This document shows positions 41,990-53,044 of a stretch of DNA of 64,000 bases, one piece after another; positions within the stretch are counted from its first letter, which is position 1; every line of letters begins with the position of its first letter. A program made the translations under genes and the position numbers. Location: the NCBI GenBank assembly GCA_009836625.1, contig VXVC01000003.1, forward strand, positions 17,218 through 81,217, read 5' to 3'. The notes beneath the pieces were generated by a model. The model was given only the letters and a program-made list of their open reading frames with translations. It was not told the DNA's origin and did no database searches. The DNA is from Holophagales bacterium. Its GTDB lineage: Bacteria; Acidobacteriota; Thermoanaerobaculia; Multivoradales; Multivoraceae.

Positions 41990-42567
41990 GCGCCTGCCTC
42001 CTGCCGGGCAGTCCTGGACTCGTCGCCGGAGAACAGGGTCGAAAGCCGGAGATCGATGCGCAGGTTCGGCGTGGCCTCGCTCAGGCTGATCGACTCGAGG
42101 GCCACGAAGGTGTCCGTGACCTCGAGCAGGTTGACCAGCCCCCGCAGCTGGCTGTAGTTCCCCTCGACCGTGAACACGATCGACTTCTCGACCAGGCCGT
42201 ACTGCTCCAGCGTCGCTTCCGGGTAGGAGATCGAACTGGGACCAAATCCCGAGCGGTCGGCCAGTTCCTTGACCTCGCCGATCAGGTCGGTCAGCCGTTC
42301 GCGCTCGGTCGCGAAGCCGTCGCGGTACAGGGTTCGCACCTGGCTGCGGGTCGCCTCGACCGTCGTGACCTGGCCCTCGCGGCGGGCTACCTCCTGGGTG
42401 GCGCGCGTGCGCAGGTTCTGGACCTGGGCGATCTCGTCCTCGAGCGCCTGGAAGCGACCGGCGTAGACGCCGCGGTAGGTGGACAGCAGAGCCGCGTTGA
42501 AGACGCACAGGCCCGCGCCGACCCAGAACCAGATACGCAGCCGCCAGCCGCGCCGCCGCCGTCTCAC
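41986..42567 (-). CDS. PilO/GspM-like protein
   Basis: N-terminal TM, coiled coil, VEGNYSQLRGLVNLLE ferredoxin-like segment; operon position. Confidence 0.75.
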   Translation of the reverse strand: MRRRRRGWRLRIWFWVGAGLCVFNAALLSTYRGVYAGRFQALEDEIAQVQNLRTRATQEVARREGQVTTVEATRSQVRTLYRDGFATERERLTDLIGEVKELADRSGFGPSSISYPEATLEQYGLVEKSIVFTVEGNYSQLRGLVNLLEVTDTFVALESISLSEATPNLRIDLRLSTLFSGDESRTARQEAGA

Positions 42568-43226
42568 GGCCCCTCCTCCGCGGGCGCCGCGGCGCTGGTC
42601 GCCGGGGTTTCCGCGGCGTTGCCGGGGGTGTCGCCAGGCAGGTAGACGACCGCGATCGTGAAGTCCAGCGGGCCGGCGTCCTGCCGGCTCTCGTGGAGCA
42701 GCTTGGGATCGTCGAAGGCGGGATGCTCGAACAGGGCGTCGATCAGGTCGAGCAGACCTTGGTCGTCGCGGGCTTCCCCGGTCAGGTCGAGGACCACCCG
42801 GGAGCGGTCACCGGTTCCGAGCTCCGCGCGCCGCCGCCGGTTCCGGTCGCCGCGCTCCGGCGCCAGGCTTCGCAAGCGCGTGTTCCACGGCAGCACCTGC
42901 TCGATGTCGTTGAAGAGTTGCCCCCAGGGGAAGCGCCGGTCCGCGATGCGCTCGTTCAGGAAGGCGACTTCGCGGTTCTGCCCCTCCAGGTCGAGCCGCG
43001 CCAGTTCCGCGCTCAACCGGTCGAGTTCCGTCTGGTCTCCGGCCAGTTGCTCCCGCAGCCCGGCAAGTTCGGCGCGGGCGTCGGCCGAGCCGGTGAGGTA
43101 GCCCCAGTACAGCACCGCGTTCAGTGTCAGCAGGGCGAGGCCCAGCGCCCACAGCAGGGCGGTCAGCCGGCGCCAGGGGCGGCGGTTGACGAACGGTCGG
43201 GCGGCGAGGTTCAGGAACCTGCTCAC
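42564..43226 (-). CDS. PilN-like protein
   Basis: LNLAARPF (INL-type motif), TM, coiled coil, PW..LF..IE..LP, LTGEA. Confidence 0.78.
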   Translation of the reverse strand: MSRFLNLAARPFVNRRPWRRLTALLWALGLALLTLNAVLYWGYLTGSADARAELAGLREQLAGDQTELDRLSAELARLDLEGQNREVAFLNERIADRRFPWGQLFNDIEQVLPWNTRLRSLAPERGDRNRRRRAELGTGDRSRVVLDLTGEARDDQGLLDLIDALFEHPAFDDPKLLHESRQDAGPLDFTIAVVYLPGDTPGNAAETPATSAAAPAEEGP

Positions 43227-44198
43227 GTTCTCACCGCGAGCGAGGCGCCCAGCATCGGCAGGGCGCGGTCGAGTTCGAGGTCTCCGGCCTCGGATCCGCC
43301 GCCGGAGGTCGTGTTGTCGTCGAGAACGCGAGCCGGCAGCCCCAGAGCCTCTTCGAGCCGTTCGCGCCAGGTATCCCGGCAGGCCTCGGCCGCCAGCATC
43401 AGGACGTGCTCGGGCAGGTCGGCTGCGGCGCCGAACAGGCCGCGCTCCTCGATGAAGCTCCTGGTCAGCCGCAACTCGCGCACTGCCAGCCGCGAAGCGA
43501 CCGAGGGAGGGAGTGCCGGATCGAAGTTCTTGTAGCGGTAGAGGGCGGGGCCCTCCTCCGTGTGCGCCAGGAGGGAGTAACCGTCGCGGTGGGCAAGCAC
43601 AAGCAGGAACGCGCCGCCAACGTCGTGCACCTGCCGGATGCCGTTCACCGCGCCGAGGCTCGCGTTCGTCACCATGCCGATGTGAATTCCGGCACGGCGG
43701 AAAGAATCCTCGATCTGGGCCAGCACACGCTCCACGCCGAAGGCAATCAGAAAACGGGTGGACGCGCCGCCGCCGTTGCCGGTCCGTGCGCCGCGTACGC
43801 GCAACTCCTCCACGCGGAAGGGCACCTGCTTGCGCAACTTGAAGCGAAGGGCCTCCTGGCGATGTTGCGGGCTCCGGGGCACGTCCTCGAGTTCCGCGAA
43901 CGTCAGCCGCAGCCAGCGGTCCGGGAGGACGAGTGCGGCGGCCGTGACCTGAGTTCCGGTGGCGGTGTCGGCGGCCTGCTGGAGTTCAGCGACCACGTCG
44001 TGGAACTGAGCGGGCTCTCGCAACGGCCCGCCCAGCGCCCCTTCCTGGAACGTGTCGGCCGGCAGCTCGCGTCGCCGGACGGCCTGCAACTCCGGAGTGG
44101 GCCCGTTCTGGCGCACGAAGTGGGCCAGAACGAGCTCGCGCTCGTCGAGCAGGAACACCGACGCCGGTCCCCGAGGGTCGTCGAGGCCGGCAAGGCGT

Positions 44199-45883
<1,685 letters not shown>

Positions 45884-45884
<1 letters not shown>

Positions 45885-47122
45885 CAGCCCTGCACCTGTC
45901 CCAGTACGCTGAAGAGCGGCAGGTACATCGAGAGCACGAGCATCGCGATCGTGCAACCCATGACGACCAGCATCACGGGTTCCACCAGTGAGAGGAGCCG
46001 CTCGGTTCGGGTTTCGACATCCTCGTCGAGGAAGTCGGAAACGCTGTTCACCATCTCGTCCAGCGCTCCGGTCGCCTCACCTACCTTGACCATGTCGATC
46101 GCCAGGTCGGTGAACACTCCCGATTCCCCAAGCGCCACGTGGAAGGCCTCGCCCTCGCGGATACGTGGTCCGAGCGCCACCGCCCGCTCGTGAAGGAACC
46201 GGTTCGTGACGGCCGACGTAGCGGTTTCGAGCGCCGCGGCGAGTGGCAGGCCGCCGTGCAGCAGCGTGGCCAGGGAGCGGCAGAACTCGGACAGCGCGAA
46301 GCGGTGGAAGATCGGCCCGATGATGGGCAACCGCAGTTTCAGGCGGTCGACCAGGGCGCCGATCCGGCCGCTCTTGCCGACTCGCCAGGTCGCCCAGCCC
46401 GCCACCACCGCTGCGGCGATGAGCACCAGGGTGGTCGGACTGCGCAGCACCTGGGACAGACCGAGGAGGAGCTGCGTGATCCAGGGCAGATCGAGGTCGA
46501 GCGCCACGTAGAACTCTTCGAAGCGGGGCATGACGAAGAACATCATCACCGCCACGATGACGACGGACAGGCAGATGAGGAGCGCCGGGTAGAAGAACGC
46601 GCTGACCACTCGCTTGCGGGAGCTCGTGACGAGCTTCAACTGGCGAACATACCTGCGGATGACCCGTTCCAGGCCGCCGCTCTGCTCCCCCGCCTTGAGC
46701 ATCGAGCTGTAGATCGGCGGGAACGAGTTGCCGGCCGCGGCAAACGCCTCGGAGAGCTCCTCGCCGCTCTCGACGCGGTCCCGGATCTCGCTCAGCGCCT
46801 CCTTGAAGCCGGCGTGTCGCTGTCGCTCGCATAGCAGGTCCAGGCACTGGAGCAGGGGCAGTCCCGCGCTGAGCAGGCCCGCCAACTGCTGGTTGAAGAT
46901 CAGGAAGTCCTGTCCCGGGATCGCTTTGCGGCCCCCGTCACCGGTGGCCGAACCCGCGCCCAGAAGCGACCCGAAGAGGTGCTGCAGGCCGCGGCGCCTG
47001 ATCTCGAAGACGTACAGCCCGCGGCGCTCGATGTCTCGCCGCGCGGTGCGCAGATCCGGCGCCTCGTGGATCTGCTCCACGATGCGACCGTCGGCGGTGC
47101 CAAGCCGGCAGACGAACTGCAT
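45884..47122 (-). CDS. GspF/PilC inner-membrane platform protein
   Basis: QLAGLLSAGLPL, AGEQSGGL, YPA, VGEATGAL, EPVML, MYLPLF. Confidence 0.95.
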
Positions 47123-47135
47123 GCCCCACCCGCTC

Positions 47136-47879
47136 CTAGTCGCCGGCGGCCAGGCCGTCTTCACGGGGAGACCGGACGGTCACGGCGACCACCAGGCCAC
47201 TGGCGTCGGATCCGGGGTAGGGGAGCGCCAGGACCAGCGGCTTTCCGACCCACACGTTCAGGTGGCCGTTGAAGACACGCTCGTCGAGGACGGCGCTGCG
47301 GCTCCGCTCGATCTCGACCCCATACAGCTTGAGCCGGCGGTCGAGCAGCACGGTTCCGACGCGGAAACCGAGCCGGAACTCGGTGCCGATTTCGTAGCGG
47401 ACGTTCTCGCCCTCCGTCGCTTCGAACTGGCCCTCGCCGAGCAGTCGGTAGCTCGTGAAGGCCAGCCAGTTGCCCAACTCGTCGGTGAGCTGCGCCGGCA
47501 GTTCGGAACGCGGGTCGCCGCTGCCGCGACGCGACGCCTCGAGGATGAAGATCTCGAACTCGATCTGACGGCGGGGGTGGTCGAAGTCACGCAGCAGGGC
47601 GAGCAGGTGTTCGAGCACGCTGCTCCGGTCCCTCAGCACCAGGGTGTTCGTCGCCCGCTGCAGTTCGATCGTTCCCTGGGGCGACATCTCGTTCTGCATC
47701 CACTCCAGGGCGTCGTCGGCACGCTGATGCTGGAGGGTGAAGGCGTGGCGGATCTGGGTTTCGGCCTCCTGCTGCGCGTTGCCGGGCTGGGCGAAGGTCG
47801 GCTGCGGCGTGCCGGCGGCAGCCAGGAGCGCTGCAACCAGGAACGCTGGGGCGGCCAGGGCCGGGCGAAGGGTGCTCAC
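47136..47879 (-). CDS. Exported 247-aa secretin-like protein (one N domain plus abbreviated secretin core)
   Basis: GTG 47879 overlaps the anti-sigma stop; signal peptide; Secretin_N-like AFTLQH...SPQGTI...TNTLVLRD...LL..FDHP followed by RQIEFEIFILEA and TEGE.....IG, mirroring the full secretin. Confidence 0.65.
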   Translation of the reverse strand: MSTLRPALAAPAFLVAALLAAAGTPQPTFAQPGNAQQEAETQIRHAFTLQHQRADDALEWMQNEMSPQGTIELQRATNTLVLRDRSSVLEHLLALLRDFDHPRRQIEFEIFILEASRRGSGDPRSELPAQLTDELGNWLAFTSYRLLGEGQFEATEGENVRYEIGTEFRLGFRVGTVLLDRRLKLYGVEIERSRSAVLDERVFNGHLNVWVGKPLVLALPYPGSDASGLVVAVTVRSPREDGLAAGD

Positions 47880-48415
47880 GGTGCCACCACCAGGACTACG
47901 TCGAGGCCGTCGCTGTCGTTGCCGGGAAGCTGGTAGACGTGCAGCGGTTCGTCGCCGAGCGGCTCGACCAACGGCGCCATCGCGATGTGGTCGGGCAGCA
48001 CCGGCGGGACGTCCGCGAGCTCCTCCGCTGGCGGCGCGGTCTTCGGCCACAGCAGGAAACTCAAACCGAGCGCCGCGGCCGCGGCGCCTGCGGCCAGTAC
48101 CGACGCCACGGGCAGGCGCCGGCGGGCGCTCCGCGCCTCGTTCAGCCGCCTCTCGGTTGCCCGTCCGTCGAGCTCGAGCCGTACGCGCTGGCGGATCGCG
48201 TCGATGTCGCCCGCACTGACCTCGTCGTAGTAGCCGCTGAACAGCAGCACCGGATCGACATCGAGCGAGGCCGCGCGGCAGCGTTCGCAGTCCTCGCGGT
48301 GACGGAGAGCCTCGTTCCAGGCGGCGTCCACCGTCGCGCCGCCGACCTCCGGACTCCGTTCGGCCCGCTCGCGTTCGCGCAGGAGGGCAGCCCAGTCGGG
48401 GCACAGAGAGGTCAT
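47876..48415 (-). CDS. Zinc-binding (ZAS) single-pass anti-sigma factor
   Basis: HREDCERC (HxxxCxxC), one TM (VASVLAAGAAAAALGLSFLLW), short periplasmic tail; ATGA overlap with the ECF sigma. Confidence 0.8.
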   Translation of the reverse strand: MTSLCPDWAALLRERERAERSPEVGGATVDAAWNEALRHREDCERCRAASLDVDPVLLFSGYYDEVSAGDIDAIRQRVRLELDGRATERRLNEARSARRRLPVASVLAAGAAAAALGLSFLLWPKTAPPAEELADVPPVLPDHIAMAPLVEPLGDEPLHVYQLPGNDSDGLDVVLVVAP

Positions 48416-49119
48416 GGGCGCTCCTTTCGTCCGGAACGGCTCCCGGCTCTTTGTGCGTACTCGGGGTATCGCCTGAGCAACTCCTCGCGAAGCAGCTTGC
48501 GGCTGTTGAACAGGTGGTTGCGGACGGTCGAGGGACGGATGCCGAGGATGCCCGCGATCTCCTTGCCGGCCAACCCCTCCATCTCGCGCAGCACGAACAC
48601 CGCGCGCTGCTTCTCGCTCAAAGTGGACGCGAGTTCGTGGAACACGGCCCGGACTTCACTGGCGGAGAGCGAATCGAGTTGCCGCGCGGAGACTTCGCCC
48701 CGTTGGTGCTCGTGGTGAAACTGGAAGCTCTGCAGCGAGCGGAGACGGGAGGAGCGGGAGCGCAGGTGGTCGATGGCGAGGTTCGAGACGATCCGGTAGA
48801 TCCAGGTGTTCGGGCTGTAGCGGCGGTCAAAGCGATGCCGCGAGTTCCAAATCCGCAGAAAGGAGATCTGGACGATGTCGCGGGCGTCTTCCCGGTCGCC
48901 CACCAGCCGGGTGGCCAGTTGCACCAGGCGGGTCGTCTTGCGTCTCATCAGTTCGTCGAGCGCGAGATCGTCGTCGCGGCGAAGGCCCTCCAGGAGTTCG
49001 GCGTCGGACGCGTCGGCCCACGCCACCTGACGCTGGTGGCGGGAGTACGCGATCGTGAGACCGCTCCGTGGAGGATCTTCGCGTGGCGGTTCCATGCGGA
49101 TGGCTTGCGCGGATCTCAT
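48412..49119 (-). CDS. ECF RNA polymerase sigma factor
   Basis: DARDIVQISF, TWIYRIVSNLAIDHLR, LSEKQRAVFVLREMEG...EIA.ILG...STVRNHL. Start may be a later Met. Confidence 0.9.
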   Translation of the reverse strand: MRSAQAIRMEPPREDPPRSGLTIAYSRHQRQVAWADASDAELLEGLRRDDDLALDELMRRKTTRLVQLATRLVGDREDARDIVQISFLRIWNSRHRFDRRYSPNTWIYRIVSNLAIDHLRSRSSRLRSLQSFQFHHEHQRGEVSARQLDSLSASEVRAVFHELASTLSEKQRAVFVLREMEGLAGKEIAGILGIRPSTVRNHLFNSRKLLREELLRRYPEYAQRAGSRSGRKERP

Positions 49120-49127
49120 GCCTCGCT

Positions 49128-49159
49128 GTTGATACGGAGGCCCGGGGCAAAGCGTCCAA
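49128..49159 (-). promoter_or_regulatory. Candidate ECF promoter, TTGGAC-N17-CGTATCAAC
   Basis: Directly upstream of the sigma gene; the 9-mer CGTATCAAC also occurs at 20376-20368 in the other ECF locus. Confidence 0.4.
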
Positions 49160-49261
49160 GAGGCCGCGCTTCGGGAGATGGAGAGCCCTCCGCCAGCAGG
49201 CGCCGGAATTATACTCGTGCGTCAATACGGCCCTGACCGGCCCGTCTCCGGCCGTCACCTT

Positions 49262-50539
49262 ATGTGGTTCCTCTACCAGCTCGCGATGGCGGCAGGGTTG
49301 GGCGTGGCGGCCCCGGTGCTGCTGGCCCGGCGCGGTCGGCACTACCTGCCGACGCTGCCCGCCCGGCTGGGACGCTTGCCGGAGGCCCGGGGGACCAGCC
49401 CGCTGTGGCTGCACGCCGCGTCGGTGGGCGAGGCCGGCGTCGCGGCGACGCTGGCGCGGGCCCTGCCGCCGGACCTCGACCTGGTGGTGACGACGGTGAC
49501 GCCCACCGGTCAGGCCGCGGCGGAGAAGCTCTTCGAGCCGCTGACCGCGGGCGGCAGAAGCGTGGTCGTCACGTACCTGCCGTTCGACCTGGGGTTGCTG
49601 GTCGGTCGTTTTCTGGATCGCTACGCGCCGCGCGGTCTGGTCCTGTTCGAGAGCGAACTCTGGCCCCTGCTGCTGCGGGACTGCCGCCGCCGGTCGATTC
49701 CCGTGGCCGTGCTCAACGCCCGCATCAGCGACCGCAGCTACGGGCGGATGAAGCGCGCCGGCCGTCTCTACCGGCGGTTCCTGCTCGACCCGCTGGGTCG
49801 CCTGGGCGCCCAGAGTCCGCAGGACGAGGAGCGCTTGCTGAGCCTGGGCGCGCGGCCTGCGCGCACCTCGCTGACCGGCAACCTGAAGTTCGATACCCCG
49901 GAACCGCTCCCGGTGGCCGGCCTGGAGCAGGCCCTGCGGGACCTCGCGGCGGATCGGCCGATCCTGGTCGCGGGCTCGACGATGCCCGGCGAAGAGCCGA
50001 TCGTCCTCGACGCCTTCGAACGACTGGGCCGCGAGGCGCTGCTGGTCCTGGCTCCCCGCCATCCGGAGCGCTTCGACGAGGTCTGGCGAGAGGTGGAGGC
50101 ACGCTCGCTGGCGGCGATGCGCCGGAGCCGGATTGTCGCGGCCGCGGGGGCGCTGCCGGCCTCGGCACCCAGGATCGTCCTCCTCGATTCCCTGGGCGAG
50201 CTGGCTTCGATCTACCGGCTGGCGTCGGCGGCGTTCATCGGCGGCACGCTCGTGCCGACCGGCGGCCACAACCCGATCGAGGCGGCGCGGTTCGGCGTGC
50301 CCGTGATCGTCGGCCCGTCGATGGAGAACTTCCGGCGCATCGCGCGCGACCTCGAGGCCGCGGACGGCCTGACCCTGGCGCCTGACGGCGAGGCATTGAC
50401 CGAAGCGTGGCGGCGCCTCCTGGACAGACCCGACGAAGCGGCGGAACAGGGCAGGCGCGGTCTGGCGATCGTCGACAGGAACCGGGGCGCGGTGAAGCGC
50501 TCGGTGGAACTCCTGAGCGAATTGGTGGACCTGAATTGA
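49262..50539 (+). CDS. waaA: 3-deoxy-D-manno-octulosonic acid (Kdo) transferase
   Basis: WLHAASVGE, TPTG, YLPFD, ESELWP, NARISDRS, GNLKFD, APRHPERF, GGHNPIE. Confidence 0.95.
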   Translation: MWFLYQLAMAAGLGVAAPVLLARRGRHYLPTLPARLGRLPEARGTSPLWLHAASVGEAGVAATLARALPPDLDLVVTTVTPTGQAAAEKLFEPLTAGGRSVVVTYLPFDLGLLVGRFLDRYAPRGLVLFESELWPLLLRDCRRRSIPVAVLNARISDRSYGRMKRAGRLYRRFLLDPLGRLGAQSPQDEERLLSLGARPARTSLTGNLKFDTPEPLPVAGLEQALRDLAADRPILVAGSTMPGEEPIVLDAFERLGREALLVLAPRHPERFDEVWREVEARSLAAMRRSRIVAAAGALPASAPRIVLLDSLGELASIYRLASAAFIGGTLVPTGGHNPIEAARFGVPVIVGPSMENFRRIARDLEAADGLTLAPDGEALTEAWRRLLDRPDEAAEQGRRGLAIVDRNRGAVKRSVELLSELVDLN

Positions 50540-51525
50540 GCGCGGCCCGCAGTCCCTGGCAGCGCTTCTACCAGTGGGCGCACCATCGCCGTCGCCATTC
50601 CTGGTCGGCGCGCGCCGCGAGCCTGGTCCGCAAGACGGTCAGCGTCGGCAACCTGCACTGGGGCGGCAGCGGCAAGACGCCGACGGTGATCGCCGTGGCG
50701 CGCGGCCTGGCCGACCAGGGCCTGAGGGTCGCCGTGCTGTCGCGCGGCTACCGCCGCAGGGGTCGTGAGCCCCGGGTCGTCAGCCTCGGTGAGGGGCCGC
50801 TCGCCTCGGTGGAACAGGCCGGCGACGAGCCGGTGATGATCGCCGAGCAGGCACCGGGCGTGGTGGTGGCCGTCGGCGCCGACCGCCGCGCGGCCGCCGT
50901 CCTGGCCCTCGAGCGGGCGCCGCACATCGACGTCTTCCTGCTGGACGACGGCTTCTCCCATGTGCGGGTACGCCGCGATGTCGAGATCCTGACCTTTCCG
51001 GCCGCCGACCCGTTCGCCGGCGGTCTCCTGCTGCCGGGGGGCCGGCTGCGCGAGCCTCTCGGTATGGTGCGCCTCGCCGACGCCGCGGTGCTCACCGGCC
51101 TCGAAGCCGGCGTCGAACCGCCGGCCGACTTCGAGCCGAAGCTGCGCCGGCACGGCTTCGCCGGCAGGGTGTTCACGTCGACGCTCCGGTCCGAGCTCGT
51201 GGGTGGCCCGTCAGCGGAGCGACCGCTACTCGTTACCGGCGTCGCCCGTCCGGAGCGCGTCGCCCGCACCGCGGTCGCCGCGGGCCTGGAATGCGTGGAT
51301 CACCTCCGCTTCCCCGACCACCACGGCTATCCGCCGCGTTCCCTCCGCGCGATCGAATCCGCCTGCGCCCGCCATCGCTGCGACTCCGTCGCCACGACCT
51401 CCAAGGACGCGGTCAAGCTCCGAGGCCGTTTGTCGGCGGGCGCGCCGCCGTTACTGGAACTAAGGGTCGAAGCGAAGGTGGAGGAGGAGTTCCTGCCCTG
51501 GCTCTCCGGCAGACTGGGGCGCTAG
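50536..51525 (+). CDS. lpxK: Tetraacyldisaccharide 4'-kinase
   Basis: SVGNLHWGGSGKTP, SRGY, GDEP, LDDGFSH, LLPGGRLREP, FPDHH, TSKDAVK; TTGA overlap. Confidence 0.93.
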   Translation: MSAARSPWQRFYQWAHHRRRHSWSARAASLVRKTVSVGNLHWGGSGKTPTVIAVARGLADQGLRVAVLSRGYRRRGREPRVVSLGEGPLASVEQAGDEPVMIAEQAPGVVVAVGADRRAAAVLALERAPHIDVFLLDDGFSHVRVRRDVEILTFPAADPFAGGLLLPGGRLREPLGMVRLADAAVLTGLEAGVEPPADFEPKLRRHGFAGRVFTSTLRSELVGGPSAERPLLVTGVARPERVARTAVAAGLECVDHLRFPDHHGYPPRSLRAIESACARHRCDSVATTSKDAVKLRGRLSAGAPPLLELRVEAKVEEEFLPWLSGRLGR

Positions 51526-51544
51526 CTCGTTTGCAGACCTTGCG

Positions 51545-52954
51545 TCAAGCGAACGACCGGCCGCCGATCACCGCCCAGATGATCCACAGGATCGCGATCG
51601 GGCAGACGAAGCGCAGCAGCACGTCGCGCCAGATGAAGTACCACCGGCTCACGTCGCCATGGCCGTTGGCGAGCGCGTCGCGGGACTTGCCGCGGCTCAG
51701 GAACCAGCCGACGAAGATCGCCAGCGTGAGGCCGCCGAGGGGCAGGATCCAGTTCGAGACGGTGTAGTCCATCGTGTCGAAGAAACCGGCCGTGCGTTCG
51801 CCCAGGGGCGCCCAGGAAGAGAAGCCGGTGACGGCGCCCAGGGAGAGGGCCGAGGGGATGCCGAAGAGGAAGACGGCGCCGCCGGAGAGCAGGCTGGCCT
51901 TTCGCCGGCTCAGGCCCCGCCGGTCGATCAGGTAGGCGGCGACGACTTCGAGCAGCGAGATGGTCGAGGTCAGCGCCGCGAAGCCGACCAGCAGGTAGAA
52001 CAGGGGCGCCAGGACGACACCGAGCGGCATCTCGTAGAACATCTGCGGCAGGGTCGTGAACAGGATCGTCGCGCTCTTGCCGAACGTCCCAACGCGTTCC
52101 GACGCGTCGACGCTGAAGATGATGGAGAACATGACGATGCAGGCCATCAGCGCCACCAGCGTGTCGAGCAGGGTGATCGCGGCGGCGCTCCTCGGGATCG
52201 ACTGCCTCGACCTCATGTAGGAGCCGTAGGTGATCATCGCCCCCATGCCGACGGAGAGGGTGAAGAAGGCATGGCCGACCGCCTCCAGCAGGCCATCGGC
52301 GGTGACCGGGCCGACATGGAACAGGAAGCGGACCGCCTCGCCGAAGCCCGGGCTCCAGAACGAGTTGACGACGAGCAGGATGAGGATGCCACCGAGCACC
52401 GGCATCAGCGTCTTGGCCACCCGTTCGATTCCGCCCTGCACCCCCAGGGCGACGACGCCGACCGTGACGAGCATGAACAGGGCGTGGAAGCCGATCTGGA
52501 GCGGCCCGTTGCCGAGGAAGGCGCCGAACGAGTCGCCGAGGGTCTGTCCGCCGGTGTCGAAGCCGCGAAACGACCAGCTCAGGCACTGGCCGAAGTAGTA
52601 CACGGTCCAGCCGGCGATCAGCGCGTAGTAGGACAGGAGGATGAAGCTGCCGAGCGTTCCCAGGGCGCCCACCGCGCCCCAGGCCCGGCCTCCCACCGCG
52701 CCTTTGGCGGCCTCGACGAAGGCGCCGACGGGGCTCTGGCGGGTACTCCGTCCGATGACCAGCTCCGCCATCATGATCGGCAGGCCGATCAGCGCGATCG
52801 CGACCAGGTAGACGAGGACGAAGGAACCGCCGTCGTTCGCGTAGGTGATGTACGGGAACTTCCAGATGTTGCCGAGGCCGATCGCCGAGCCGACGGCGGC
52901 GAAGATGAACCCGAGTTGACCGAACCTGCCGCGTCCGCCGGAGCCGTTTGCCAC
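51545..52954 (-). CDS. Sodium-dependent transporter, NSS/SNF family
   Basis: GSAIGLGNIWKFPY, GGSF, AFFTLSVGMG, TYGSY, ALTSTISLLE; AGGAG RBS. Confidence 0.94.
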   Translation of the reverse strand: MANGSGGRGRFGQLGFIFAAVGSAIGLGNIWKFPYITYANDGGSFVLVYLVAIALIGLPIMMAELVIGRSTRQSPVGAFVEAAKGAVGGRAWGAVGALGTLGSFILLSYYALIAGWTVYYFGQCLSWSFRGFDTGGQTLGDSFGAFLGNGPLQIGFHALFMLVTVGVVALGVQGGIERVAKTLMPVLGGILILLVVNSFWSPGFGEAVRFLFHVGPVTADGLLEAVGHAFFTLSVGMGAMITYGSYMRSRQSIPRSAAAITLLDTLVALMACIVMFSIIFSVDASERVGTFGKSATILFTTLPQMFYEMPLGVVLAPLFYLLVGFAALTSTISLLEVVAAYLIDRRGLSRRKASLLSGGAVFLFGIPSALSLGAVTGFSSWAPLGERTAGFFDTMDYTVSNWILPLGGLTLAIFVGWFLSRGKSRDALANGHGDVSRWYFIWRDVLLRFVCPIAILWIIWAVIGGRSFA

Positions 52955-53044
52955 GTCTGTTCTCCTGGTGCGTTCCTGGATAGTGGCGGCGCGCCGCGTC
53001 GCCGGCCGGCGGTTAGGTTAGCGGAGTGTGCGCGACGACTTGCC

